Shown here one piece after another: positions 1-10,539 of a stretch of DNA of 64,000 bases. Origin of the DNA: an uncultured delta proteobacterium (GTDB lineage Bacteria > Desulfobacterota > RBG-13-43-22); the NCBI GenBank assembly GCA_963802945.1, contig CAWDKY010000053.1, forward strand, positions 1 to 64,000. Reading direction: 5' to 3'. Below the pieces are notes generated by a model. That model saw nothing but the letters and a program-made list of their open reading frames with translations, was not told the DNA's origin and ran no database searches. Each line of letters starts with the position of its first letter. Position 1 is the stretch's first letter. A program made the translations under genes and the position numbers.

Positions 1-1786
1 GGATTCGTCCGAATCCAGGGAAAATTTATTTTTATTTTCCATTTCCTCACGAAGCAGATCACCCAAATTCGAACTGGCTTCTTTGGAACTATTCAGATAT
101 TCCTTGATCAAGGTCTGATCTTCCTCCTTCTTGGCTCGGCGAACGGAAAGCCCGATTCTTCGCTCTTTCTTGGCGACATTGATTACCTTGGCCGTAATGG
201 TATCCCCCGTCTTAAACAGTCCAACAGGAGTTTTAATCTTCTCCTTACTGGCTTCCGAGACATGGACCAGCCCTTCCACGCCTTCCTCAATCTCAACAAA
301 GATCCCGAAATCGGTCACATTGGTGATAACCCCGGTAACGACAGATCCCGTAGGATACCTTTGGGGAATCGCTTCCCAAGGATCAGGTTCCAATTGTTTG
401 ACTCCTAAAGAAAACCGTTCCTGTTCCTTATCGATATGCAGAACTTTGGCCTGAATCTCCTGCCCTTTTTTATACAACTCCGAAGGGTGTCTCACCCGCT
501 TGATCCAGGAAATATCCGAAATGTGAACCAATCCGTCAATGCCTTCGTCAATCCCAATAAAAAGACCGAAATCGGTAATATTTTTTATTTTACCTTCAAT
601 CACGGTTCCTACCGGATATTTTTCGGCAATGACATCCCAAGGGTTGGGTTCGACCTGTTTTATGCCCAAAGAAATCCTTTTTTTATCCGGGTCCACGGAC
701 AGAACTACGGCCTCTACGATTTCTCCCACGGAAACAATCTTGGAGGGATGCTTAACCTTTTGAGTCCAGGACATTTCAGAAACATGGACCAATCCTTCCA
801 CACCATTTTCCAACTCAACAAAGGCCCCATAATCGGTCAAGTTGATGATCTTCCCTTTGACCTTCTGGCCAATCGGATACCTCTCCGTCACCGTAACCCA
901 AGGATCGGAATGGAGTTGCTTTAATCCTAACGAAACCCGATGGCGTTCCCGGTCGAAATTTAAAACCATGACCTGCATTTTATCGCCTATCCTTACAAAG
1001 TTCAGAGGGATGGCTGGCCCGACCCCAACTCATATCGGTGACATGCAAGAGACCATCGATTCCTCCCAGGTCGATAAAGATCCCGTAGTCGGTAATATTT
1101 TTCACTATGCCTTCCAGGATCTGGCCATTTTCGAGGGTATTTAAAATCGTATTTCTTTGTTCTTCTCTTTCTTTCTCCAAAAGAACCCGGCGGGATAGAA
1201 CCACATTATTCCTTTTTTTATTGTATTTGAGTATCTTGAACGGGAAGGTGGCTCCTAATAAATGATCCATATCGCGAATGGGCTGCAGGTCAATCTGGGA
1301 CCCGGGCAGAAAAGCAGGAATACCGATATCAACGGTCAATCCGCCTTTGACTTTTCCGACGATCTTGCCCTCAATCACTCCATCATCACGATAGATTCGG
1401 CTGATTTCATCCCAAACCAAAATCTTGGCGGCCCGTTCTTTGGAAAGCAGGATATCCCCTTCTTCATCATCACGCTTTTCAATCAGGACATCCAGCCAGT
1501 CACCGGCTTGCGCCGTTATTTCTCCGGAAGGGGTTAAAAACTCACTAATGGGAATGCGGCCTTCCGATTTGTAGCCGATATCAATCATGACATGTTCCTT
1601 GTCAATGCCGACAATCCTTCCTTTGACCACTTCCCCTTCCTGAAAAGTTTTTAGGCTTTCCTCATATAATTCTTTAAATTCCTCTTCCCCCGGGTTCCCC
1701 GAGGACCTCTCATTCAAGATCTTCTTTTCTTTGGTCTGGATTTCGTGTTCTGGGTTACCCATTTCCTCTGTGTTTTTTTCCATCAA
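1..1786 (-). CDS. rpsA: 30S ribosomal protein S1; frameshift near 985, 3' end runs off the window
   Basis: ORF 980-1786 has S1 repeats (VMIDIGYKSEGRIP, PAFLPGSQID, ITDYGIFIDLGGIDGLLHVTDMSW). S1 repeats continue in another frame to base 1 (...KERRIGLSVRR...SSNLGDLLREEM). Located downstream of cmk. Confidence 0.93.
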
Positions 1787-1952
1787 CCTTTTATCCCCCT
1801 AAACTTCCTTTTTTCTCCTCAAGAACCGTTGGCCTGCCGCACCTTTTTTCTTCCCGGTCCCTTCCTTCTATTCGGTGGTTATGATAATTGTAATGAGTAT
1901 ATCAAAAATATTCATAAAAATCAAGCTTATTTGAAAATGGCTCTTACCCGCC

Positions 1953-2657
1953 TCAGGCGGAGAGAGAATCATCAATCGGCGAGAGTGTATCCTTAATTAT
2001 TCGGGAACGAACGGTCTGGACCACGTCGTCGATAGACAAATAGGAGGTATCGATGATCTGGGCATCCGGGGCAGAACGAAGAGGTGACAAGGCCCTTTCC
2101 TGATCTTGACGGTCCCGCTCTTCCATTTCCTGTTTCACTTCTTCTAAAGAGACGTATTGCCCTCTTTGGATTAATTCTTCGTATCTTCTTTTGGCCCGCA
2201 CATCCAAAGAAGCATCTAAAAAAAACTTGTATTCCGCCTGGGGGAAAATAACCGTTCCCATGTCCCTCCCTTCGGCAATAAGTTCTCCCTTCCGGCCAAG
2301 ATCCTTTTGCTTCTCGGCTAAGACGGACCGGACTTCAGGTTTCATGGATATCTTGGAAGCCAATTGGCTGATTTCCGGGGTTCGAATTTTCCGGCTGACA
2401 TCCTTCCCTTGAATCCAGACCTTCTGCGTGATCCCGGTCCCTTCAATAACAAATTCTATTCCCTTTAAGAACAGGACGAGGGCCTTCCCGGATAATCCCT
2501 CTTTTTTTTGTTCTTTCAATACCCAGGCCACCAGCCGGTACATGGCACCGGTATCCAGGCAATCCCACCCCAACTGCTCGGCCAACAGCCTGGCGACTGT
2601 GCTTTTCCCCGACCCGGCCGGACCATCAATGGTGACAATCGATTTGGATTTAAGCAT
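1953..2657 (-). CDS. cmk: cytidylate kinase
   Basis: IVTIDGPAGSGKST P-loop, LDTGAMYR, AEGRDMGTVIFP. Start moved to ATG at 2657 (MLKSKSIV). Confidence 0.95.
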   Translation of the reverse strand: MLKSKSIVTIDGPAGSGKSTVARLLAEQLGWDCLDTGAMYRLVAWVLKEQKKEGLSGKALVLFLKGIEFVIEGTGITQKVWIQGKDVSRKIRTPEISQLASKISMKPEVRSVLAEKQKDLGRKGELIAEGRDMGTVIFPQAEYKFFLDASLDVRAKRRYEELIQRGQYVSLEEVKQEMEERDRQDQERALSPLRSAPDAQIIDTSYLSIDDVVQTVRSRIIKDTLSPIDDSLSA

Positions 2658-2782
2658 GTTTCTTTCGAAAAAAGAGACCGAGGAGATCAAAGGTCCAGGG
2701 TATGAGGAAGCTTTTAGTATGAAGGGCACGGTTTTTGGTTTTTCCTTTAACCTCAAACCGCGAACCTTAGACCTCCAAACAT

Positions 2783-3889
2783 TTAACTCCTTAATTCTTT
2801 TCTTCCGTTATCCAACACCTGTTTCAATACCCTCAAAAAACGCCGGTTTTCTTCAGGAAGCCCGACATTGACTCGAATAAACTCATCCAAACCGTAACTT
2901 TGCATGGAACGAATAATGATTCTTTTTTTCAGCATGGCTTCATAAACCCATTGGGCCTTCAAAGGAATTTTTATCAAAAGAAAATTGGTCTGGGAAGGTA
3001 AATAGGCCAAGCCCATTTGAGTCAACCCCCATTCGATGGTTTTCTTGCCCCTATGGATGAGAGCCATGGTTTTCTCATAAAAAGCCTGATCCTTTAAGGC
3101 ACCCAGCGCTCCGGCCTGGGCCAGGGAGTTCACATTAAAAGGTTGCCGCACCCGATTGATATAATCGGCCAGTTCAGGCCGGGCCAGGCCGTAGCCGATA
3201 CGCAGACCGGCCAAGCCATAGGCTTTGGAAAAAGTTCTGAGTACTAAAAGATTTTTTTCGGAATTGAGGTAATCCAAACCATTGGGGCATTCCAGATCTT
3301 CCACAAAGTCTATATAGGCCTCGTCCAATAGAATCAGAATCCGGTCGGGAATGGAGCTCAAAAACCGCTCCCAGGCTTTCCTTTTTATGATCGTCCCCGT
3401 GGGATTGTTGGGGTTGTTGACAATAATGACCTGGGTTCGGGGACCTATCCGGTCCCGCATGGCTTCCAGATCAAGGGTAAATCGCTTAAGCGGCACCAGG
3501 AGGTTCTTTCCGCCCAACGCCTGAACCGCCTTCTCATAGACCAGGAAAGAAGGTAATGGAGATATGACTTCAAAACCCGGTTTCGAAAAGGTCTTCAAGG
3601 CCAGTTCAATAATCTCATTGGATCCATTCCCCAATATGATTTGTTCCGGCGCAACACTAAGGTATCGGCCAAGAGCTTGTTTTAGATAATAACCGCTTCC
3701 ATCCGGATACCGATGAAGTTGAGACAAGGCTCGTCGAATGGCCTTTAAGGCTTGAGGGGAAGGACCTAATGGGTTCTCGTTGGAAGCCAATTTGATCACT
3801 TCCTGAATTCCATATTCCCGAGTCAATTCTTCAATAGGTTTTCCTGGAGGATAGGGAACTAGCTCAAGGATTGATTTTTTTATTTCCAT
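2783..3889 (-). CDS. hisC: histidinol-phosphate aminotransferase
   Basis: KLASNENPLGPSP, NPNNPTG, DEAY, RTFSKAYGLAGLRIGY. Confidence 0.93.
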   Translation of the reverse strand: MEIKKSILELVPYPPGKPIEELTREYGIQEVIKLASNENPLGPSPQALKAIRRALSQLHRYPDGSGYYLKQALGRYLSVAPEQIILGNGSNEIIELALKTFSKPGFEVISPLPSFLVYEKAVQALGGKNLLVPLKRFTLDLEAMRDRIGPRTQVIIVNNPNNPTGTIIKRKAWERFLSSIPDRILILLDEAYIDFVEDLECPNGLDYLNSEKNLLVLRTFSKAYGLAGLRIGYGLARPELADYINRVRQPFNVNSLAQAGALGALKDQAFYEKTMALIHRGKKTIEWGLTQMGLAYLPSQTNFLLIKIPLKAQWVYEAMLKKRIIIRSMQSYGLDEFIRVNVGLPEENRRFLRVLKQVLDNGRKELRS

Positions 3890-4083
3890 CTTTTTACCTA
3901 ATTTTTTAACAAGTTCTTACATCACACTATAATAAAAATCAATATTTTTCTCAAATTAAAGGTCGTGGTCATTTTTGAAAAGGCCCCGATTAAAAGTTCT
4001 TGCCTTTTCAGGAAAAAGAGGTAAAATTATAAATCTAAGCTGTTAGGATCTAATCCTTAATTAAAAAAGAAAGGGAATCAAAG

Positions 4084-4360
4084 ATGAACAAGTCCCAGTT
4101 GATTGAAGCCTTAGCCAAAGATCAGGACCTGACCATCAAGAACGCTGAACTAGTAGTGACTCATTTTTTTGAAAGCATTGAAGAGTCCCTGGCCAAAGGA
4201 AAAAGGGTTGAAATTCGCGGCTTTGGTAGTTTCAAGGTTAAAAATTACCACGGCTATAAGGGTAGAAACCCAAAAACCGGGTCCATAATCAATGTTTCGA
4301 AAGAAAAGACTCCCCTTTTTCAAAGTGGGAAAGGAATTAAAGGAACGAGTTGACGTGTAG
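4084..4360 (+). CDS. HU/IHF-family DNA-binding protein (IHF beta-like); frameshift near 4298
   Basis: MNKSQLIEAL...VEIRGFGSF...GRNPKTG. The canonical C-terminus KRLPFFKVGKELKERVDV* lies in another frame, ending TAG 4358-4360. Confidence 0.88.
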
Positions 4361-4367
4361 TTTAATG

Positions 4368-4634
4368 CTTGGCCGTGCTAAGCGGGGAGCTGGCGGTGCC
4401 CTGTACCCGAAATCCGCTCATGCGGGGCAGAATCTTCTTTTGAGGATTGGCCGACAGCAAAGCACCCTTTTCTAAGGTCAGTATTGGACAGTACGCAACA
4501 AACGGTTACGAACCCCGTCAGGTCCGGAAGGAAGCAGCGGTAAATAATGCGGTTTGTGTCGTATCTCTTTCTAATACCCGTCTTTAGACAAAGGTCTTTG
4601 GTGGCGTTGATTCGAGAAAGGATGCACGGCCAAG
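4368..4634 (+). ncRNA. ffs: signal recognition particle RNA, large (Alu-domain) bacterial type
   Basis: S-domain motif GAACCCCGTCAGGTCCGGAAGGAAGCAGCGGTAA at ~4510-4543. 5' GCCGTGCTAAGCGGGGAG..GCGGTGCCCTGTACC..AATCCGCT resembles Bacillus scRNA Alu domain. Terminal helix CTTGGCCGTGC (4368) pairs with GCACGGCCAAG (4624-4634). Confidence 0.95.
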
Positions 4635-4747
4635 AATCAGGGAAATATTCCCCTGACCAAAGATCCTCTTTTTAAATCCTTTAAACGCTTCTCTTAACCG
4701 ATAGTCTCCTAACTATTTGTCATAACATAAAAAACCAAATAAATGCC

Positions 4748-4776
4748 TTGACAAAACCGATTTATTTCATAATAAT
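4748..4776 (+). promoter_or_regulatory. sigma70-type promoter upstream of pilM
   Basis: TTGACA-17 nt-AATAAT. A second TTGACAAAACC copy at 4872 with TAAATT 18 nt downstream suggests tandem promoters. Confidence 0.55.
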
Positions 4777-5033
4777 AGCTCATAAATTTTCTCAGTTGAT
4801 AAAGGTGACCCGAAAACGAATTATTATTAAATTATCACTGGCCCTTCTTTATATTTAATGGCAATAAGTTATTGACAAAACCTCTTGTTTCTTATTAAAT
4901 TTCGTAAAATGAATAGGGTCCTCAGGGGTGGGAAAAAAAATCATACTTACAAGGGGTTCGGAAGGTACCTGTAAATTATTTTAAAATTATATACTATCTT
5001 TATTTAATGAACATAACTCGTTAAAAAGATATC

Positions 5034-6092
5034 ATGTTGTTTTCAAGCGTTGATAAAGAAAATAATATTGGAGTAGATATTGGCTCCTATGCCATTAAAG
5101 TTTGTCATCTGGCTCATGACCGGAAAGGGATTTCTCTTAAAAGTTTCGGCCTGGCCAATCTTCCTTCCTCATCAATAGTCAACGGAGTTATTAAAGAACC
5201 TCGGATAATCGCCGATATCTTACAATCTCTACTGGCCCAACTGCAGATAACCAAAAAAGAAACCGTCTTCGCCATTTCCGGGTTTTCGGTTATTACTAAA
5301 AAAATTACTCTGCCGGTCACATCGGAAAAAGAATTGGCCCAGTCCATTCAATATGAAGCCCAACAACACATTCCTTTTGACATTAAAGAAGTCAATTTGG
5401 ATTTCCAAATCTTAGGTCCCGTCAAAGGAGACACGGATTCCATGTCCGTCCTTCTGGTAGCCGCTAAAAAAGAAACATTGAACGCCTATCTGGAAGTCAT
5501 TGAGTTGTCGGGACTGGAGGCCTCCATTGCCGATGTGGCAGCATTTGCCTTGGCCAATGCTTACGAAAACAGTTATCCCTTGGATTCTAGTCCGGTGGCC
5601 TTGGTTAATATCGGCGCCGGACAGATCACTCTCCATGTCCTTAACCAAAACGGTCCACTATTTACCAGGGATATTTTTTCAGGTGGACGGGAGCTTACTG
5701 AACAAATACAATCGCTCTGGAATCTCTCTTTTGAAGAAGCCGAAAATATTAAACTTGGCAGGAATCATATGTCGGACCAATTAGACCGAATCGGTCCTTC
5801 TTTTTTATCAATAGTTCAAACCTGGATGGAAGAGATTAAACAAGTACTGGACGTCTTAACGGCTTCAGACCTTGAAACCAAACCGAAGAAAATCGTTCTT
5901 TCTGGCGGTTCTTCTTTGATGCCTGGACTTCCCCAATTCCTTTCCAAAGGGCTTCAGCTCCCGGTGGAATTATTCAATCCCTTTTCCCAAATCCGAATTG
6001 ACCCGAAAATCTTTGACCCCACCTATATACAGCGCCTGGGACCCCAACTGGCCATTGCCTTTGGCCTGGCCTTACGTCAAAAGGGGAAGTGA
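5034..6092 (+). CDS. pilM: type IV pilus assembly protein PilM
   Basis: IGVDIGSYAIKV, EAQQHIPFDIKEVNLDFQIL, VLLVAAKK, LSGGSS, AIAFGLALR. First gene of a pilMNOPQ operon. Confidence 0.95.
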   Translation: MLFSSVDKENNIGVDIGSYAIKVCHLAHDRKGISLKSFGLANLPSSSIVNGVIKEPRIIADILQSLLAQLQITKKETVFAISGFSVITKKITLPVTSEKELAQSIQYEAQQHIPFDIKEVNLDFQILGPVKGDTDSMSVLLVAAKKETLNAYLEVIELSGLEASIADVAAFALANAYENSYPLDSSPVALVNIGAGQITLHVLNQNGPLFTRDIFSGGRELTEQIQSLWNLSFEEAENIKLGRNHMSDQLDRIGPSFLSIVQTWMEEIKQVLDVLTASDLETKPKKIVLSGGSSLMPGLPQFLSKGLQLPVELFNPFSQIRIDPKIFDPTYIQRLGPQLAIAFGLALRQKGK

Positions 6093-6664
6093 TGTTCAGG
6101 ATTAACTTACTGGCGGACCATAAGGTCGAAAGAGAGCAGATACAGCAGTGGTTGTTAAAAGGGATCATATTGTCTTATTTGACTCTATTGGCGGTTGTTC
6201 TTGTCGGATTTTGGATGTTAGGGAGCCAAGTTCAAAACCTCAAAAAAGAGAAAGGGGCCTTGGAAATTCAAACTCGGGATTCTTTGTCTTTACAGAAAGA
6301 GATCAAAGAACTCAAAGGCAAGAAAGAGATGGCCCAAAACAGACTAACCATATTTCAAAATCTGGAAAAAGAACGTCATGGTCCGGTAAACCTAATGGAA
6401 TATCTCTCAACGACCCTGCCGGTTAATCAACTCTGGCTGACCACCTTAAAGGAAAACGGCCCGGAAATACGTATAGATGGCATGTCCCTTAGTAACGAAA
6501 TTCTGGCTGAGTACATGAAGCGCCTTGAAGCCGCTCCCATGATTAGTCAGGTTGATCTAGTTCAATCCGTTCAAGCCGTTTACAAGGATCTGAAAGTTAA
6601 GCAATTTACCCTAACCCTAACCGCCCAGACAGAACCCTCAATGCCCTCAAAGGAAAAAAAATAA
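6089..6664 (+). CDS. pilN: type IV pilus assembly protein PilN
   Basis: N-terminal RINLL motif, TM helix, coiled coil, LPVNQLWLT..; operon position. Confidence 0.9.
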   Translation: MMFRINLLADHKVEREQIQQWLLKGIILSYLTLLAVVLVGFWMLGSQVQNLKKEKGALEIQTRDSLSLQKEIKELKGKKEMAQNRLTIFQNLEKERHGPVNLMEYLSTTLPVNQLWLTTLKENGPEIRIDGMSLSNEILAEYMKRLEAAPMISQVDLVQSVQAVYKDLKVKQFTLTLTAQTEPSMPSKEKK

Positions 6665-6671
6665 GGTTCGG

Positions 6672-7287
6672 ATGATTTCATTCTCTTCCATAACTGATCG
6701 TTTAACACAATTAACCATCCCTCAAAAAATAGTACTGGCGGTCAGCGGAATAGTGTTTTTAGGAGTAGTATTGGGTTTCTTTTTACTCATGCCCCTGTGG
6801 GAAGAATCGAAAAACCTCCGCGAGGATATAAGCCGGGAAAAAATGAAATTGGCCCAGATGTATTCGAACCCGGGCACAGATCACCCGGTTCAAACAAGAG
6901 CTGGCCGAAATGGATGTCCGTTATAGGCAGATACTGGTCATGTTGCCGGAAGCTAAAGAAATACCTCATTTGCTGAAAAACGTTGCCAACCTGGGACAGC
7001 AGCAGGGTCTGGAATTCCTTCTGGTTAAACCGGAGAAGGAAAATCCCAAAGAGTTTATAGCTGAAATCCCACTTACAGTGTATCTCAAAGGTCCCTATCA
7101 TCAGATTGGGGTGTTTTTTGACCATATTCGGAGGCTTCCCAGAATCATTAATATAAAACAGTTAGAATTGGGGGCTTTTGAAGAAAAAACAGCCCAAATT
7201 ACTGCCCGCTGTCAGTTGGTGACTTTTCGGGTTTTACCTCCCCCGCCCCCATCATCAACGACGGCGTCAAAAACTGTAAAGAAATAA
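6672..7287 (+). CDS. pilO: type IV pilus assembly protein PilO; frameshift near 6865
   Basis: N-terminal TM in 6672-6926. LPEAKEIPHLL and GPYHQIGVFFDHIRRLPRIINI in 6910-7287. Confidence 0.88.
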
Positions 7288-7293
7288 TAAATT

Positions 7294-7821
7294 ATGAAAA
7301 AAGGTTCGGTCCTGTTCATAGTTGTCCTCTTAGTCATAGCGGGCTGCAGTCAAACGGCTCAGGAAGGTTCGTCCATGAAAAAGACATCCCCCCTGGCTCG
7401 AAAGGATAATTCTGTGACTTCGCCAACAATCCTTCAGCCTTCGACGCTATCTCCTGCGGAGGGATCAGAACTCACATCCCCCGTCTATGATCCGAAGGGA
7501 AAACCGGATCCCTTCCAACCCACAAGGGTGACCCTTGAGACCAAAGACAATGGGAAGAGGAAGGTTCTACCCCTGGAACAGTTTGAAGTCAACGAATATG
7601 AACTAGTCAGCATAGTCAGCGGTTCGGAGATAAAAAAGGCCATGGTTCAGGACCTGACCGGTAAAGGTTTTTTAATACAGGAGGGAACCCGCATCGGCAA
7701 AAGAAATGGAAAAGTAATTCAGATAACCGATAGACAAGTGGTTGTCGAGGAATCCTTTCAGGATTTTTTAGGGCGTAAAAGCTCCCGAAAAATCCTATTA
7801 TCAATTCCCCGGCCAGAATAG
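7294..7821 (+). CDS. pilP: type IV pilus lipoprotein PilP
   Basis: Lipobox IAGC, YDPKGKPDPFQP, PLEQFE, AMVQD..GKG...G..IG. Confidence 0.9.
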   Translation: MKKGSVLFIVVLLVIAGCSQTAQEGSSMKKTSPLARKDNSVTSPTILQPSTLSPAEGSELTSPVYDPKGKPDPFQPTRVTLETKDNGKRKVLPLEQFEVNEYELVSIVSGSEIKKAMVQDLTGKGFLIQEGTRIGKRNGKVIQITDRQVVVEESFQDFLGRKSSRKILLSIPRPE

Positions 7822-8042
7822 GAAAGCGCCAAGATTTGATTTTTTCTTGGCTGAATTTTTATTATAAATAAGGATTCACGGATTCCAGGATTCGGGAGGT
7901 TGATCCCGGCGAAGTCGGGATTGAGCTATGGACCATTTGAATCCTTGAAGCCTTATGGATAACATGAGACCCCTATGATAAAATGATTTAATGATTTATT
8001 AGAGTAAATCAAGCCAGGCCTTATCCATATTCGGGAGCGAAC

Positions 8043-9995
8043 ATGAAGAAAAATAAAAAACTGCTCATGATCTTTCTTTGGGGAATTCTGGTTTTTCTTT
8101 TTGGTTTGGGAAATATTACGACTCCCCTCTGGGCTAAAACGGGAAAGGCTTCTCCCAAGGCCCGATTAATCCAAATAGATGACCAGGTGTTCCCTGGTCG
8201 ATTGCGGGTCATCCTTAAAACAAGCCGACCGGTAGTCTCATCGATCCTTTACCATGACCGATCCTCATCGCTTGGTTGTCGACTTAAGCCCTTGTGTTTT
8301 GATTAAAGAAAAATTATTTAAAATCAAAGATCCTTTTATCGAAGGATTACGGTTTTTCCAGTTCAACCCCAAAACCATCCGTCTCGTTTTTACGGTCTCC
8401 CAACCCCCCACGGTCCACATTTCCAGTAAAGGAGGAAAACCTTTTCAACTTTTTGTGGATTTTCCAAAAACCAAACCCCAACTTTCTCAACTCATTCCCC
8501 AAAAAGTTGAAGATGAAGATTCTTCCTAAACATGACCATTGAAGAATTTAAACAAGAAAAAGCCCTTCAAGACATTCAGTTAAAGAAAGAAAAAGCCCTG
8601 TCCCAAAAACCATTCATTACTTTTGATTTTTATATGACCAATCTCCATAATGTTTTGCGGTTGATCGGGGACGATAGGTGGAATCAATATCGTGGTCGAG
8701 CGAAGATGTCAAGGACAAAAAAATGACTTTGAGTTTAAAAGAAATCCCCTGGGACGAGGCCTTAGAATTCGATATTGGACGGCAACAATCTTAAAAAGTT
8801 GAAGCGTGGAGAAAAAACTTTCTTGATCACAACCAGTGAAAACTATAAAAAAATACTGGACGATGAAAACAAGCTGCGACAAGAAGCTATAAAAACGGAA
8901 CAGGAGGAATTGAAAGCTGAAGAACAACGTCAGAAAGTCGGGAAAGTTCTTTGGAGTACCAGAGAATTTCAGATCAAGAATGTGGATGTGAAACTGGTTG
9001 AAGATCTGATTCAAGGTTCCATAGAAAAAGAAAAAAAAATCTCCGTCGATAAACAGCCGGGAGGCGACAAAGTAACTAACGGAAACCACCAGGACCTTCG
9101 GGTGCCAATGTGAATATCATCAGTGTCCCGCATACCAACACCTTGATCGCCAAAGGAACCGAACGTGAATCTAGATTACATCGAAGAACTTGATAAAAAC
9201 AATTGACCAACCGATTTCTCAGGTCATGATCGAAGCCCGCATTATCGAGGCCGATGCCAATTTTACACGAGACATGGGGATTCAATGGGGGGGATCTTCT
9301 TCCTTCGCCAACGCCTCCGGGCCTTTTGCCGGGACTGTTCAGGGAGGAGCCGGGACATCAGAACGGAAACAACTATGCCGTCAATTTGCCATTACAAGCC
9401 ACATCATCGGCCTTCGGAGGTCTTGGATTTTCCTTTGCCACAGCCAATTTAAACATAGATGTTCGAATTCAGGCCATGGAACAACAAGGCCGAGGAAAAA
9501 CCATTTCTTCTCCCAAAGTATTAACCAAGGATAATACTGAGGCCAGAATTAAACAGGGGACATCAATTCCAGTAACAACCCAAACTGTAGTATCAGGCAC
9601 CCCTGTCTATTCTACTACCTATATAGATGCTAACTTGGAACTTAAGGTTACCCCTCATATTTCAAGTTATAATAATATGCGGATCAAAATAGATATTGTA
9701 AAAAAAGACCCGGACCTTACCAACAAAGACACTTTGGGGAACCCGTACATTAACATAAAAGAAGCCTCACACAGAAATGATGGTCAAAGATGGTGATACG
9801 GTGGTCATCGGAGGGATTATCTCCAAGAAGGAATCCCTCCTAGATAACAAGGTGCCCGGTCTGGGGGATATTCCCCTTTTAGGCTGGCTTTTTAAAACAA
9901 GGTACCGGGCTACAGTAGATACCGAACTGCTTATTTTCCTCACCCCCAAAATTATTAAACCATCTCTCTCAGAGCGTTTTGGAAATGATGGTTAA
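8043..9995 (+). CDS. pilQ: type IV pilus secretin PilQ, split by about six frameshifts
   Basis: Fragments in order: signal peptide, AMIN-like PHRLVVDL, N0 domain (ITFDFYMTNLHNVLRLIG), QVMIEARIIEA, TISSPKVLT, LELKVTPHI, VKDGDTVVIGG..KVPGLGDIPLLGWLFK..ELLIFLTPKII. Confidence 0.9.
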
Positions 9996-10021
9996 TGCGG
10001 CACTACCGTGAAACATGGAAA

Positions 10022-10075
10022 TCCCACCTCCCTCACCCTCCCCCTTCTGAGGAGGAGGGAAGGTGTGGGGGTGGA
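10022..10075. repeat. GC-rich imperfect palindrome (REP-like hairpin) after pilQ
   Basis: CCCACCTCCCTCACCCTCCCCCTT...GGAGGAGGGAAGGTGTGGGGGTGG. Confidence 0.5.
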
Positions 10076-10117
10076 CAAAAATTGTTTTTGCCTTAAAGAA
10101 AAAATCAGGGGAAATTT

Positions 10118-10516
10118 ATGAGTAACATTATTAAATGGGTTTTCAATCTATTGGTCGTTTTGGTGATTGTCTTAGGTTCCTTTACCTGGGTCTTTGGTGC
10201 TTCCCAAGAAATACGTCCGCCGTCTCAATTATCAGGCACTATTGTTTCTCCGGTGGAAGAAAGAAAACAGGCCCTTTCTTCCGGGGATAAGATTTTCGTC
10301 GCTTTGGATAAAACCCGTCCGGTTAAAAAAGGGGATACCCTGGAGATTTTTCAACAAGCCTATTTGACGATTGAAGGTAAACTTGCTTTCCCTCTTGTAC
10401 GGTCGGGGCAGGTTATCATCCTGGAAATCATCGATGAACGTTTGTTATTATGTGTCATTGAATCCAGTACAAAAGAAATTGCGGTCGGGGATCGTATCTA
10501 TTTCCCTGAACATTAA
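10118..10516 (+). CDS. exported hypothetical protein, FlgT-C/TsaP-C-like beta-barrel
   Basis: Signal peptide; pattern IFVALDK..VKKGDTLEIF...GQVIILEI...IESSTKEIAVGDRI. Confidence 0.6.
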   Translation: MSNIIKWVFNLLVVLVIVLGSFTWVFGASQEIRPPSQLSGTIVSPVEERKQALSSGDKIFVALDKTRPVKKGDTLEIFQQAYLTIEGKLAFPLVRSGQVIILEIIDERLLLCVIESSTKEIAVGDRIYFPEH

Positions 10517-10539
10517 CCCAAAAAGAAATGCAGGGCCAG

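Noticed and set aside
980-1000. Programmed frameshifting or a truly split rpsA
   Set aside because: No slippery site plus stimulator is evident, and many unrelated nearby genes have similar breaks, favouring assembly error.
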